From positions 177,558 to 241,557 of the forward strand of contig CAVUUR010000006.1 of assembly GCA_963744715.1 (NCBI GenBank): a stretch of 64,000 nt of DNA, given 5' to 3'. The notes beneath the pieces were generated by a model that was not told the DNA's origin, did not search any database, and was given only the letters and a program-made list of their open reading frames with translations. Shown here one piece after another: positions 1 to 10,655 of this stretch. The position numbers and the translations under genes were made by a program. Position 1 is the first letter of the stretch. Every line of letters starts with the position of its first letter. This stretch comes from an uncultured bacterium (lineage in GTDB: Bacteria > Babelota > Babeliae > Babelales > JACPOV01).

Positions 1-2
1 TA

Positions 3-797
3 TACAATTTACTTCCTGTTGCATTGTATTATGGGTCTGGAAATCCGACTTCATTAACTTTTTTCCAATGTTGCCACGGCGGCATGGAGCTTGGCTACTT
101 ACCGGAACAATTATTAGCCACTAAAGAATTAATTACATTTCAATGGTTAGGAACGTTAAACAGACCCGAAAATTTAAAAACGATTCTTGAAAACAAGTAT
201 AGGAAACTTGCCAACCAACAAAAAAATGTAAATTCTGTAGTAACAGGGTTTATTCAACAAACAGTTCCGCGACAAATTCAACAATTAAAAGATTATACTA
301 CTGCAGATATTGGTTTTATGTGGAATGATTTTGTAATTCAACCAAATACTTATATTCATGCAAGCTCTCGAGGAAACATGATAGCCGAATATGGAGAACG
401 CCTCACTTCCCTCATCCTCGAAGGCAGCATTAGCGAAAAATATAATCATACCGTTAAAGGTGTTTTTAGAGCACATCAACATAGTAACGAATTCACTAAC
501 CCATATGGCGAAAAAACTATGATGAGCGTTATTTTAGATGATACGTATCCTAACAGCTTGGGGGTAGGAAAATTATGGAGAACAACAAAACGTTCCCAAA
601 ATCCTGCTACGCAATTATGGGATAATATAGTATGCACCTTTAATGTTTCTCCAGACACTGCCTATAGTAGGCCTAGGGGAACGTATCCTGGCTTTGATTT
701 CGATACGTATGCTATGGTAAAAACAGGAAATAAGTATCCGGATGATTGGAACTTTGATGTACATCGAAAAACCATATTACCAGCATTATTAAAATAA
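3..797 (+). CDS. Ser/Thr protein phosphatase (PPP/calcineurin-like metallophosphoesterase), C-terminal part; 5' end lies outside the window
   Basis: Frame is open from base 3: YNLLPVAL...FQCCHGG, FMWND, SSRG...YG and FRAHQ match in order the PP1-type motifs FNCLPIAA..FCCHGG, LLWSD, RG..FG, RAHQ. Confidence 0.7.
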   Translation, partial: YNLLPVALYYGSGNPTSLTFFQCCHGGMELGYLPEQLLATKELITFQWLGTLNRPENLKTILENKYRKLANQQKNVNSVVTGFIQQTVPRQIQQLKDYTTADIGFMWNDFVIQPNTYIHASSRGNMIAEYGERLTSLILEGSISEKYNHTVKGVFRAHQHSNEFTNPYGEKTMMSVILDDTYPNSLGVGKLWRTTKRSQNPATQLWDNIVCTFNVSPDTAYSRPRGTYPGFDFDTYAMVKTGNKYPDDWNFDVHRKTILPALLK

Positions 798-816
798 CGT
801 TGTTATTATAAGAATG

Positions 817-2249
817 TTATGCAAGTTCCATAATAATTTTTGCTTCACTAAAGTAGGTTTTTGTACCTTTTGTCAGCTGATATTCATCATGCCCTTTACC
901 TAATAAGGCAATAATGGAACCAGCTTGCGAACACGCGTATGCTTTTTTGATTGCCTGTTCTCTATCCAATTCATATATGATAGTTGCTTTTGTATCTTTT
1001 GGAATTCCCTGCAAGATCTCCTGAGCAATAGATTCAGGATTTTCAGAACGAGGATTATCTGAAGTAATGATAACAATGTCCGCTAATTGAGCGGCAATTG
1101 AACCCATGATAGGTCTTTTTATGCGATCACGATCCCCACCTGCACCAAAAACAACAATAAGATGTGGTGTTAATGCTCGTAATGTACTAAGAACTGCTCT
1201 GTATGAAGAAGGATTGTGTGCATTATCGATAAAACAATATGCACCATTATCTAAGGTATATTTATTTAATCGTCCGGGCACTGAAGTAAATGAAATAAAT
1301 GCCCGCACAACGTCCTTATGAGAAATACCACACTGCAATGCCAACGTAGCGGCAGCTAATGCATTATACGCATTAAATATTCCCATTAAGGTAGGAATTT
1401 CATAATCATAGGTATGATTATTTTTTGTTATCGATAGTAACAATCCATGCAATTGCTTATCAACAACACTACCCCGCACCATCGCTTGCGTATTGGCAAA
1501 TCCTATACTGATAACATTATCGCCGGAAAGTAATTTTTGACACCAACTATCGTCGGCATTAACAATTACCTGTCCTCCCGGTTGTAATTGTTTAAGCAAC
1601 GTGCATTTTGCATTAAAATAATCATCAATGGTGGGATAAAATTCAGAATGTTCGAGATCAAAATTAGTAAAAATGGCCCCCGCAAATTCAATCCCCCATG
1701 TTCGATAGAGCGAAAAAGCTTGTGCGGCGGTTTCCATAATAACATAATCAATATCAAACATAACGCACTCATTAAAAAAAGCATGTAAATAATCAGGATG
1801 CTGCGTGGTCAAATTGGTATGAAAATCATGCCCGAGAATACTATTTTTTACACTGCTTAATAATGCTGTTTTAAATCCGGCAGAACGCATAATATGTTCA
1901 AGAAGAAAGCAGGTAGTAGTTTTCCCTTTAGTGCCTGTTACGCCGAAAATGCGCAGTTTTTTTGCTGGAAAATTAAATGCTTGTGCACTTAACTGGGCGA
2001 GCGCATGCCGCGCATTATCTACACGCATAAGGTAACGTTATGTTGTTTGATGGCATATTCTGCATCCTCAGGAATATTAACGCCGTTTTCTATTACAATC
2101 GTGCAAGCACCTTTTTGTATAGCCAGTGCAATATAGTTCACCCCATCAGTTTGCATTCCTTTAATAGCAACAAAGGTCGACCCCTTGCTAAGGTAATCGG
2201 TATGACAGGTAACGGGGAAATATGGTGGTAACGATGGAATATTTTTCAT
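817..2249 (-). CDS. murE: UDP-N-acetylmuramoyl-tripeptide synthetase MurE (one apparent frameshift near 2025)
   Basis: N-terminal ORF 2019..2249 (FVAIKGMQTDG) plus 817..2028 (GVTGTKGKTTT, GAGGDRD, DNPR, GKGH.Y); one added base joins the two frames. Confidence 0.9.
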
Positions 2250-2376
2250 GTGGATAATTTGTTATTTAGATATAACCTTACGATTAAAACTGAGTGAACG
2301 TACAAAAATAATGCTTTTAAGTATATTAAAAAAAATAGTATGTTGAAATAAGATAAAAAAATTATAGGAAGAAACT

Positions 2377-2792
2377 ATGAAATTATTGGCTCTCGATCTT
2401 GGTGATCAATGGACGGGATCAGCGCTTTCAGATTCATTACAGATGTTTGCAAAACCGTATAAAACAATAGCAACTTCCTCAGCTTTAATGAATTTTTATC
2501 GACTACTATTGCTACTGAAAAAATTAGCACCATTGTTGTTGGACTCCCTATAACGTTAAAAGGAAAGGAAAGTGCACAAACAAAAAAAGTAATCAGCACA
2601 AAGCAACATTTAGAACAATGTTTTCCTACTATCACCTGGGTTTTATGGGATGAACGCTTGACCAGTCACTATGCTCAACAGTTAAAAAAGGCCGTAACAA
2701 AAGAAGAAAAACTGCTCACGCATTCACGAGCAGCGGCTTTTATTTTACAAACGTACCTCGATTATCTTAATTTAAAAAAAAAGGCTTTATAA
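2377..2792 (+). CDS. ruvX: Holliday-junction-resolvase-like pre-16S rRNA nuclease RuvX/YqgF (apparent frameshift ~2480-2490; absent from ORF track)
   Basis: Manual translation: [19 protein letters not shown], then in a shifted frame IVVGLP...WDERLTS...[11 protein letters not shown]. Confidence 0.85.
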
Positions 2793-2921
2793 TAGACAAT
2801 TATTAATAAAAAAGGAAATCATTGCTCTATAACTACCTAAAGTAATCACATTGCTATAATAAAATGATATACTCTTATTAAAGAGAAGAGTTTGTAGGCA
2901 TATACTATTATAGGAGATAGT

Positions 2922-3104
2922 ATGAAGTGTAAAAAATGTTCAGGCCTTATGGTATTACAATCATTTTTTGATCATTTTTTAAATTTTGAGGGTTGGAAAT
3001 GTTTAAATTGCGGTAAAGTTATTGCAAAAAAAGAAAAAACCCTTGAATATGATGCTTTTAGTTTATTTTATCAACAACAAAAATGTAAGAATAGAAATAA
3101 GTAA
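2922..3104 (+). CDS. small zinc-ribbon protein
   Basis: CKKC and CLNCG pairs; AGGAG RBS; stop overlaps tsaB start (TAATG). Confidence 0.7.
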   Translation: MKCKKCSGLMVLQSFFDHFLNFEGWKCLNCGKVIAKKEKTLEYDAFSLFYQQQKCKNRNK

Positions 3105-3775
3105 TGCTATTTTTTTTGGCAATTCAGTGTACGTATGAAAGCCTTGAAATAGGTCTCTATCAAGGCACTACTGCACTTGATTATATGGTAGAACCTAAAA
3201 TAACAGCAAGCAAATACATCATTGTACATATTAATACTATTTTGACGCGCAATAACATAACCATCAAAGACCTTTCTTTTATAGCGGCAAGTCAAGGACC
3301 AGCACCGTTTACTTCTTTACGTGTTGTTTTAGCGACCGTCAATGGATTACAGTATGCCACGAACCTGCCCTTAATAGGCATTGACGGCCTTGCAGTATTC
3401 ATAAATACCTATTATCAACCACCATGTACCCTTGCTTTATTAAATGCCTACAATAATGATTGTTATTATGCATTACGTTGTAATGATTCAATAAAAATCG
3501 GATGCAAAAATATTGATACATTATTGGAAGAAATGAGGCCTTGTATACAACAACATGTACAGTATTGCATTGGCAATGCTGCTTTACTATTTGCCCAGAA
3601 AATCAAAACAATAAATTCTTCCATTGAAATTCCGGAACATATTCCCTTATATCCCCCCTTAGATGCGATAGCGCAAACGGCTTTAACACAATATCGGTCA
3701 ACTACTAATGTACATAAGCAATTATTCCCTCTTTATCTAAAAGGAATTATGTATACCAAATCAATCAATAGCTAA
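3104..3775 (+). CDS. tsaB: tRNA threonylcarbamoyladenosine biosynthesis protein TsaB
   Basis: GPAPFTSLRV (GPGSFTGLR-like) motif and C-terminal PLYL. Confidence 0.85.
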   Translation: MLFFLAIQCTYESLEIGLYQGTTALDYMVEPKITASKYIIVHINTILTRNNITIKDLSFIAASQGPAPFTSLRVVLATVNGLQYATNLPLIGIDGLAVFINTYYQPPCTLALLNAYNNDCYYALRCNDSIKIGCKNIDTLLEEMRPCIQQHVQYCIGNAALLFAQKIKTINSSIEIPEHIPLYPPLDAIAQTALTQYRSTTNVHKQLFPLYLKGIMYTKSINS

Positions 3776-3799
3776 AAAATAACGTCGGTTATTGTTCAT

Positions 3800-4576
3800 T
3801 TATAATAATGATCGCAATAATACCGCAGCACATACTGCTGCTTGCTGTGCACGTAAAACAGTGGGCGTTAATGTTAGAAATTCTATGTGATACTGACGCA
3901 AGATTGTTTTTTCTTGAAACGTTAAATCACCCTCTGGGCCAATGATGAAAACAAGATCAGTCGGTTTATTCATTCTTGCTTGTTGTACAAAAGAAAAACA
4001 ATCAGTTCCTTGAGGATCAAAAAAAATATTTATTTTTTTTTCTTTTTTTTGTGCACTATGCATTTCAATAAGTTCTTGTAATGATACAGGATTGCGAATA
4101 GATGGAAATGAAAAATTTTTAGATTGTTCTGCCGCAGCAATAGTTACATTGTGCAATCTCATCAATTCCTTATCGCCACCCCACGAGCGTTGTTGTTTTT
4201 CCGTATGCAACAATTGTATTTCAGAAACTCCTGCTTCCACTAATCCATATACTGCCTCAGTTAACCCTTCCCGTTTCAACATCGGCAATACGCAGGTAAT
4301 ATGCGGTTTATGTACAACATTGTTATGCTGTTCTAAAAGAATTACATGGCAAGATTTTTTTTCAGAAGTTTTAACTAATTGCAAAACTCCATATGATTGT
4401 TGATCAAAAAGAATAATATGCTCGCCTGCGCTTAAGCGGAGAACACGAGTTATACGATGACACAATAATTGATCATCAATAATTATTTCTTGATTAATCA
4501 TTACTGATGCAACGTACGAAGAAAACTGCGGCCAATATAATGAAAATTGATGTTTATTATTTGCTAAATCGTTCAT
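3800..4576 (-). CDS. rsmE: 16S rRNA m3U1498 methyltransferase RsmE
   Basis: H.TRVLRL, E.GV, AAEQS, IGPEGD, VLRA motifs; start taken at MNDLAN (ORF track start 4597). Confidence 0.9.
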   Translation of the reverse strand: MNDLANNKHQFSLYWPQFSSYVASVMINQEIIIDDQLLCHRITRVLRLSAGEHIILFDQQSYGVLQLVKTSEKKSCHVILLEQHNNVVHKPHITCVLPMLKREGLTEAVYGLVEAGVSEIQLLHTEKQQRSWGGDKELMRLHNVTIAAAEQSKNFSFPSIRNPVSLQELIEMHSAQKKEKKINIFFDPQGTDCFSFVQQARMNKPTDLVFIIGPEGDLTFQEKTILRQYHIEFLTLTPTVLRAQQAAVCAAVLLRSLL

Positions 4577-5261
4577 AGATTCTTGAATATAATACATGTT
4601 TTAATTGTTTATATGACTCAGCACAATATTCTCTTAGATCAATGTAACGCATTAATAATGCAATACCAACCTGACGAATCATTATTTCTAATCTAGAAAG
4701 TTCTTCTGGTTGATAATCTAAATCGGGCAACTCATTAAATAATTCTTGATCAAAATTTACTTGAGGATGAGCTTCTTTTTCTGGCATCATAGCAACCAGA
4801 TTAAACTCCATCAAAAGATCCTGCGGAATAAGAATCCCATGAGCGTACGTAAGATTTTTTTCAAAGATAACAGTACCAAGTGTTGTTTTCGTTTTTTGTA
4901 ATTGTATAAAAGGAACATCAACCTCGAGCATTATTTTTTGTTGATTTTGTCTATCCACCAATGCTTTAACGAAGTAACAACCGATATCATGAGCGTTAAG
5001 ACCATCATGCCATAATGATGAAATACTATCCCAAACAACGCGTCGATACACACATTTAGTTTTCTTAATATACAATACATCTCCATGCAGTAGATGTTTA
5101 GCAGAAACTACGCCGATATATTCGTTATGTTCTTGGTCGGATAAAATCATCAATAGTGAATAATGTTTTTCAAGTATATCAAAAGAAAGTGGCATTGAAA
5201 TAATAGTGTTCGATGCAATGAACATAGTAATAATGACACACCATATTTTCTTTATATCCAT
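4557..5261 (-). CDS. hypothetical protein with signal peptide
   Basis: Long ORF; hydrophobic N-terminus MDIKKIWCVIITMFIAS after an AAGGA RBS. Confidence 0.6.
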   Translation of the reverse strand: MDIKKIWCVIITMFIASNTIISMPLSFDILEKHYSLLMILSDQEHNEYIGVVSAKHLLHGDVLYIKKTKCVYRRVVWDSISSLWHDGLNAHDIGCYFVKALVDRQNQQKIMLEVDVPFIQLQKTKTTLGTVIFEKNLTYAHGILIPQDLLMEFNLVAMMPEKEAHPQVNFDQELFNELPDLDYQPEELSRLEIMIRQVGIALLMRYIDLREYCAESYKQLKHVLYSRIYERFSK

Positions 5262-5353
5262 ATATCCATCCTTTTCCGTTGTATTATTGCAGATATTATA
5301 ATCATTATGCAATGATAATGTTTAGTATAGCATCTTTTATCAAAGGATACATT

Positions 5354-6889
5354 ATGCATGGCAATATTTATGCATCACATCCTACACTTCTTATCATTCT
5401 TGATGGCTTTGGCTATTCACCGTCTGCTCATTATAACGCAATACTGAATGCATATAAACCAACCTTTGATTATTTACTGGAAACCTTTCCTCACACCTTA
5501 TTAACGGCTTCAGGAACTGCTGTCGGCCTCTTGGACAATCAACAAGGAAACTCTGAAGTTGGACATTTAACCATTGGAAGTGGCCGCGTCATTGAACAAA
5601 ATAGCACACGCATTGAAAAATCCATTGATGATGGCTCATTTTTTTCTAACAAAATACTCCGCAATAATCTTGATTATCTTCACAAAACAGGCAAAAAACT
5701 TCATATAATGGGACTGCTTTCGGATGGTGGCATTCATAGCAATACAAAAACACTGTATGCACTATTAAAGGCCGCACATCAACACCACATAAGCGCAGTT
5801 GTTATTCATGCATTTTTGGATGGGCGCGATGTTCCTCCCCAATCCGCGACTCGTTACCTAGAACAATTAGATAAAGAATGTACCCAGTACCATAATGTAC
5901 ACCTAGGAACTATTCACGGGCGTTTTTATGCAATGGATCGAGATGATAATTGGCTACGAACAGAACAAACGTATCGTGTTATTACAGAAAAACAAACTAT
6001 TACTTTTGCTCACTGGCGTGACGCATTAACTTATTATTATCATGAACACATTACTGACGAATTTATTCCACCAACACAATTAGATAGTAAAGGCATAGTG
6101 CAGGAAGGTGATGCTGTTATTTTTTTTAATTATAGGGCAGATAGAACGAGACAATTAACCGATAGTTTTGTTGATCCTCATTTTCAACATTTTCAAAGAA
6201 AAAAAATTGCATTGGCACGGTTCATAACCTTAACCGATTATGATCTACATTCAACATCAATCGATATTGCATTTCCTTCTATGCCCGTTGCTAATACGTT
6301 AAAAGATGTATTAGCTCATGCAGGAAAAACTATTTTTTCAATAGCGGAAACAGAGAAATATATTCCCATAACCTATTTTTTTAACGGTTATAAAAATTCA
6401 CCCATTGCCCATGAAACCTGCATATTGATACCATCGTTACCACGCAGTACGTATGTACAATTTCCTTGCATGTCCGCTCAAAAAATAACGGAAACGGTTG
6501 CCCATTCTCTGCGTACTCAACCGTCTGATTTTTATCTTATTAATTATGCAAATGCTGATATGGTGGGCCATTCAGGAAATTTTAACGCAACCGTAAAAGC
6601 AATTGAATGTCTTGATAAACAACTACAAATACTCGTTCAAGCAGTACGGCAATGCAATGGTACGTTATACATAACCGCTGATCATGGCAATGCGGAAGAT
6701 AAATATGATCCTATCACACGAGGGCCAAAAACGTCGCATACTAGCAACCCCGTTTATTTTATTATGATGAACAATGATACTGCTCACAAAAAAATCTCAT
6801 TACCATTAAAAGGATTAGCCGACATTGCTCCTTTTATTTTAAAAAATATGCACCTTGCAATACCACCTGAAATGAATCACGTACCATAA
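5354..6889 (+). CDS. gpmI: 2,3-bisphosphoglycerate-independent phosphoglycerate mutase
   Basis: ILDGFG, GNSEVGH, DGRD, GRFYAMDRD, AETEKY, NADMVGH, TADHGN. Confidence 0.97.
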   Translation: MHGNIYASHPTLLIILDGFGYSPSAHYNAILNAYKPTFDYLLETFPHTLLTASGTAVGLLDNQQGNSEVGHLTIGSGRVIEQNSTRIEKSIDDGSFFSNKILRNNLDYLHKTGKKLHIMGLLSDGGIHSNTKTLYALLKAAHQHHISAVVIHAFLDGRDVPPQSATRYLEQLDKECTQYHNVHLGTIHGRFYAMDRDDNWLRTEQTYRVITEKQTITFAHWRDALTYYYHEHITDEFIPPTQLDSKGIVQEGDAVIFFNYRADRTRQLTDSFVDPHFQHFQRKKIALARFITLTDYDLHSTSIDIAFPSMPVANTLKDVLAHAGKTIFSIAETEKYIPITYFFNGYKNSPIAHETCILIPSLPRSTYVQFPCMSAQKITETVAHSLRTQPSDFYLINYANADMVGHSGNFNATVKAIECLDKQLQILVQAVRQCNGTLYITADHGNAEDKYDPITRGPKTSHTSNPVYFIMMNNDTAHKKISLPLKGLADIAPFILKNMHLAIPPEMNHVP

Positions 6890-6922
6890 TTTTCATAGTT
6901 CAAAAAAAAGCTCGGGGGGGAA

Positions 6923-8215
6923 ATGGGTATGAAAAAAATATTTTACATATTATATGTAATCGGTAATTATTCTTTATGTATGGATTATAATGATCAAACT
7001 ATTCCTTCTTTGCGCACACTAGCAGCACAGATGTATACCACGCATAATAATAACCCCTATGAATTTAGCAAAAAAAAGATACCTGACGATTGTCAAAATC
7101 TGCTAGCTCAAGCATGGTGTAATAATAATCCGGAAAAAGTTCCTCACTACGTATATCAATGCAATACCTTATCTGAGCAGGCATCTAAACAAACTATACT
7201 ATGGGGGGATTGTGATACTCTTTTGATGGCTGATAACAATAATTTTACTATTTTTGATATTTGCTCCGACACGGTAATTAAAAAAATTCCTCTTGATCAA
7301 GGATTTCACAATAACTACGCACAACTATCAACCACTATGATTGCCACTGCTCACAAAGACAATAAAATAATAAAACTCTATGATATAAAACATGATACCG
7401 AATCTCTCAATGCATATAACCATAGTTTTTCTCTTGTTCCGTTATTTCTTGATGAAAAAAACATCATGTTAACTGAATATAACTTTCCCAATATTGCATA
7501 TTTTTGCTATCAACTTGAACCATGGCAAGAAAAATATGTTATTGATACGCAAACTTTCGTAAAAAATACTTGTTGCGCCGTAGGGATAGCGAATAATACC
7601 TTTATTGTTAATAATCCCCCTCTTGGCATTCATATATTTGATCTGAACGACGGGCGACTACAAGAAATATTGCCAGAAAGCAGCCGAATAAAATCGGCAC
7701 TACTTTCAGGAGATAAAACAATAGTTGGTGGCTACCAAACACAAGAAGGTTCATTAGATGCTCTTACGTTATGGAACCTCGTAACTAAAAAAAAATCCGT
7801 GGCTCATTATCTGCAATCGCCATTTTTTCTTACCGATAATAAAGTTTTTTATTACACCAATAATGAGGTATTAGATTTGCAGAAAAATGTGTTCTATAAA
7901 CCTTATTACATCGCATCAAAAAAGATCAAAGACAAACTTTTTATTCCTCAAAAAGTTTGTAATGCTCATAATATTATGCTTCTTACTACCAATAATGTAT
8001 CACCAGAATTTTTTGTAACTAACAACAACGAACCATCAACGTTACATGAACTGCTTGGCGCATTAGATGTTGCATCATTACTGGAACAAACAACTACCCT
8101 AACGACTGCGCAACAACGAATTAATGAACTAGAGGAACAACTACAAAATTTGCCTCATGATAGTGATAAAAAATCTATCGCACAAATATTGCATTCATTA
8201 ACAGATAATTATTAA
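6923..8215 (+). CDS. exported protein with WD40-like beta-propeller and BC/SOCS-box-like N-terminal motif
   Basis: Signal peptide; PSLRTLAA; repeated beta-strand endings FTIFDI, IKLYDI, IHIFDL, LTLWNL. Confidence 0.55.
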   Translation: MGMKKIFYILYVIGNYSLCMDYNDQTIPSLRTLAAQMYTTHNNNPYEFSKKKIPDDCQNLLAQAWCNNNPEKVPHYVYQCNTLSEQASKQTILWGDCDTLLMADNNNFTIFDICSDTVIKKIPLDQGFHNNYAQLSTTMIATAHKDNKIIKLYDIKHDTESLNAYNHSFSLVPLFLDEKNIMLTEYNFPNIAYFCYQLEPWQEKYVIDTQTFVKNTCCAVGIANNTFIVNNPPLGIHIFDLNDGRLQEILPESSRIKSALLSGDKTIVGGYQTQEGSLDALTLWNLVTKKKSVAHYLQSPFFLTDNKVFYYTNNEVLDLQKNVFYKPYYIASKKIKDKLFIPQKVCNAHNIMLLTTNNVSPEFFVTNNNEPSTLHELLGALDVASLLEQTTTLTTAQQRINELEEQLQNLPHDSDKKSIAQILHSLTDNY

Positions 8216-9872
8216 TTAAGATACACTATTATAATCCTCAATAGATAGTTCATTATCCCTTTTAGGGTTATATTCACCATTCGATACTTCTTTGAATGTA
8301 CTATCAATAGAAACAATTGCTTCAAGCATTTCTATTATTTTGGGTAAATCATACTTTGCTTGGGATAAACCATAATACGTTGCTATGGATAACGCATCCC
8401 TTCCTTGATTATCCGTCAAAGCTGTTTTAATACTAGAGCCATATAAAAACAAGACTCTGAACATTGTAAGCGCATTGGCAATTCTCTTCTCTCTGTCTTT
8501 CTTCTTACCCATATACTCGATTAGCGTAATTAATGGCGTAGCATTATCAATAGCTCTTTGCACATTACGATCCGCGCCACGATTAAGTGCTTTTTTAAAC
8601 TCACTAACGTTATTATTTTGTATCGCGTCAAAAAGGTTTCCATTTAGTATTTTTTGTTCAATACCAGCTCTTGTTTTCAAATCATCTAAAAATTGCTGAC
8701 TATCTTCTGATGAATCGGGTGATGTTGCATGATTACGACATAAAAATTCTATTTGCTTTTGCAGCGTAACTGGTTGAGAAATAATTTTTTTTCCTTCCTC
8801 CCGCTCCTCTAGCGATGCCAGAAGAGTTGCCATCCCATTATCCGATATTTTATTCTCACTTTGATACATCTTTTCCATCTCCAGCAGCAACGAATCGGGT
8901 CTCGGGAAACTTTCTAATAGCATTACTAGTCGGATTCATTTCCCCTCCAATCTTTGCTATCATATCTTCTTCTATTTTTGATAAATTATAATACTGAGCT
9001 ATAGATAACGCATTCTTACCCTGATTATCCGTCAAATGTATGTCAATATTGGATCCGGGTGCGAGCAAGGCATTAAACATTTCAACCGCCTTGTTAATTT
9101 TTGTCTCACTTCCTTGATGAGTACTCATATACTCGATCAGTTCAATTAATGGCGTTTTTCCATCTTTATCTCTTTGTACATTACGATCTGCGCCACCATT
9201 AAGTGCCTTTTGAAAATCATCAATATTATTATTTTCTATTGCTTTAAAAAGATTTTTATTCACTGCTATTTGCTCAACAAGGATTTTACCTTTCAAAGCA
9301 TCAAAAAATCCCTGCTCACATTTTTTGGGCATATCATTTGTTGGTTTTTCATATTGCTCGCGTAAGCGGTCTATTTGTTCCACGAGGGTAACTGGTTGAG
9401 AAATAGTTTTTTTTCTTTTTTCCCGTTCTCGGAGTAATAACACAAGAACTTTTAAACCATCATCTGATATTTTACTTTTTTCTCTATACAATTTATCAAG
9501 ATTTTCCATTGCTAACATCAGCGGATTAGTATTAGTAGGAAGAATATCGCAAGACTTACTCATGCCACCACTTTTTAATACTTTTTTTATCTTACTCGGA
9601 TTCTTATTGCCTTTAATCGCATCATTAAGAGCATCTAGTCTTTCTTGAGCATTATCGCCAATTGGATTTTTATAATTCGGTGTCGACGCGCTTCTTCCAT
9701 ATGCTTTGGGATTAGTATCTTCAATATTTTCTTGCCTCGTTTTTCTTCCAAAAAGACTACTTCTAGATTTAGCTCTTGCTATTTTTTCCTTCGACGAATT
9801 TTTGTAATCCATGCATAAACTGAACTGAAAAAGAAATAGCAAACACCCTAACGTTTTTACGCTACCAATCAT
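8216..9872 (-). CDS. exported ankyrin-like protein with an internal tandem duplication (ORFs 8856..9872 and 8216..8923 joined by one apparent frameshift ~8930)
   Basis: Both halves contain KISD.G...ISQPVTL..QI, GADRNVQR..D..TPLI.LIEYM and LTDNQG..ALSIA.YY.LS; removing one A gives MNPLVMLLES, matching TNPLMLAMEN of the first copy. Confidence 0.75.
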
Positions 9873-9973
9873 AGCAAACCCCTTTACCGCAAAAAATATC
9901 AGTAATTTGTAAAAAATACAAAAATCAAATGTCCCGACATTTTAGGGTAAAAAAGCGTAAAAAGCAATAGTAT

Positions 9974-10552
9974 TTATTTAATTTGATATTCAAAATCAAC
10001 GAAGCCATCGTCTCGTTTTATTTCTTTAAAGCCTGCCCGTGTATACACTTTCATAGCCGGATAATTAGTGGTTCGTGTAACTAAGGTAATTTTTGTGCAT
10101 CCTTGTGCAATTAAATCATTCATAGCATATTTAAACAATTGATATCCGTAACCTTTTGATCTGTATTGATCAAGGACTCCCAAAAACAAAATGCGTCCTT
10201 CATAAAATTTCTTTTTATAATAGCTAACAAATCCAGCAGGAGATCTACCTTGATATAAAACTTTAATGGTCATAGCTCCTTTTTGCTGAAAATCTCTTGA
10301 AGTTCTATTATGCAACATGTGCGTAACATAATCTGGTGCAAAGGTAGGTGAAACGCCGGCAATTAACCACTCCCAATTGTGTTTAAAAATATCAAGAACA
10401 AAAGGAGTATCTCTACGATCATTAAAATCATAAATCCCTACTTTTTGATACAGGTTATAATAAACACCAAAGCCAGCTGCGATGCATACGCTTGAAAAAA
10501 TAAGCGCTAAACTTAATTTTTTAGTTAAAAAATTTATTCTTTTTTTTATCAT
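9974..10552 (-). CDS. GNAT-family N-acetyltransferase with N-terminal membrane anchor
   Basis: V...YRSKGYG acetyl-CoA motif, N.PA.KVY.RAGF. Confidence 0.85.
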   Translation of the reverse strand: MIKKRINFLTKKLSLALIFSSVCIAAGFGVYYNLYQKVGIYDFNDRRDTPFVLDIFKHNWEWLIAGVSPTFAPDYVTHMLHNRTSRDFQQKGAMTIKVLYQGRSPAGFVSYYKKKFYEGRILFLGVLDQYRSKGYGYQLFKYAMNDLIAQGCTKITLVTRTTNYPAMKVYTRAGFKEIKRDDGFVDFEYQIK

Positions 10553-10655
10553 GAAAACCCTATAATTTTGGAAGCAAAAATTTTTTAAAATAATATCGGA
10601 AAAAACTACTTTTTAGTTTTTCAAGTATTATTCATTTTTAGCAATAATTGCATAG

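Noticed and set aside
2019..2249. murE as a genuinely split two-gene system
   Set aside because: One missing base explains the split, and similar indels occur throughout the window
793..3793. Similar mini-palindromes AATAACGTTGTTATT (793-807) and AATAACGTCGGTTATT (3778-3793) at two convergent gene junctions
   Set aside because: Only two short AT-rich copies; weak hairpins could be chance
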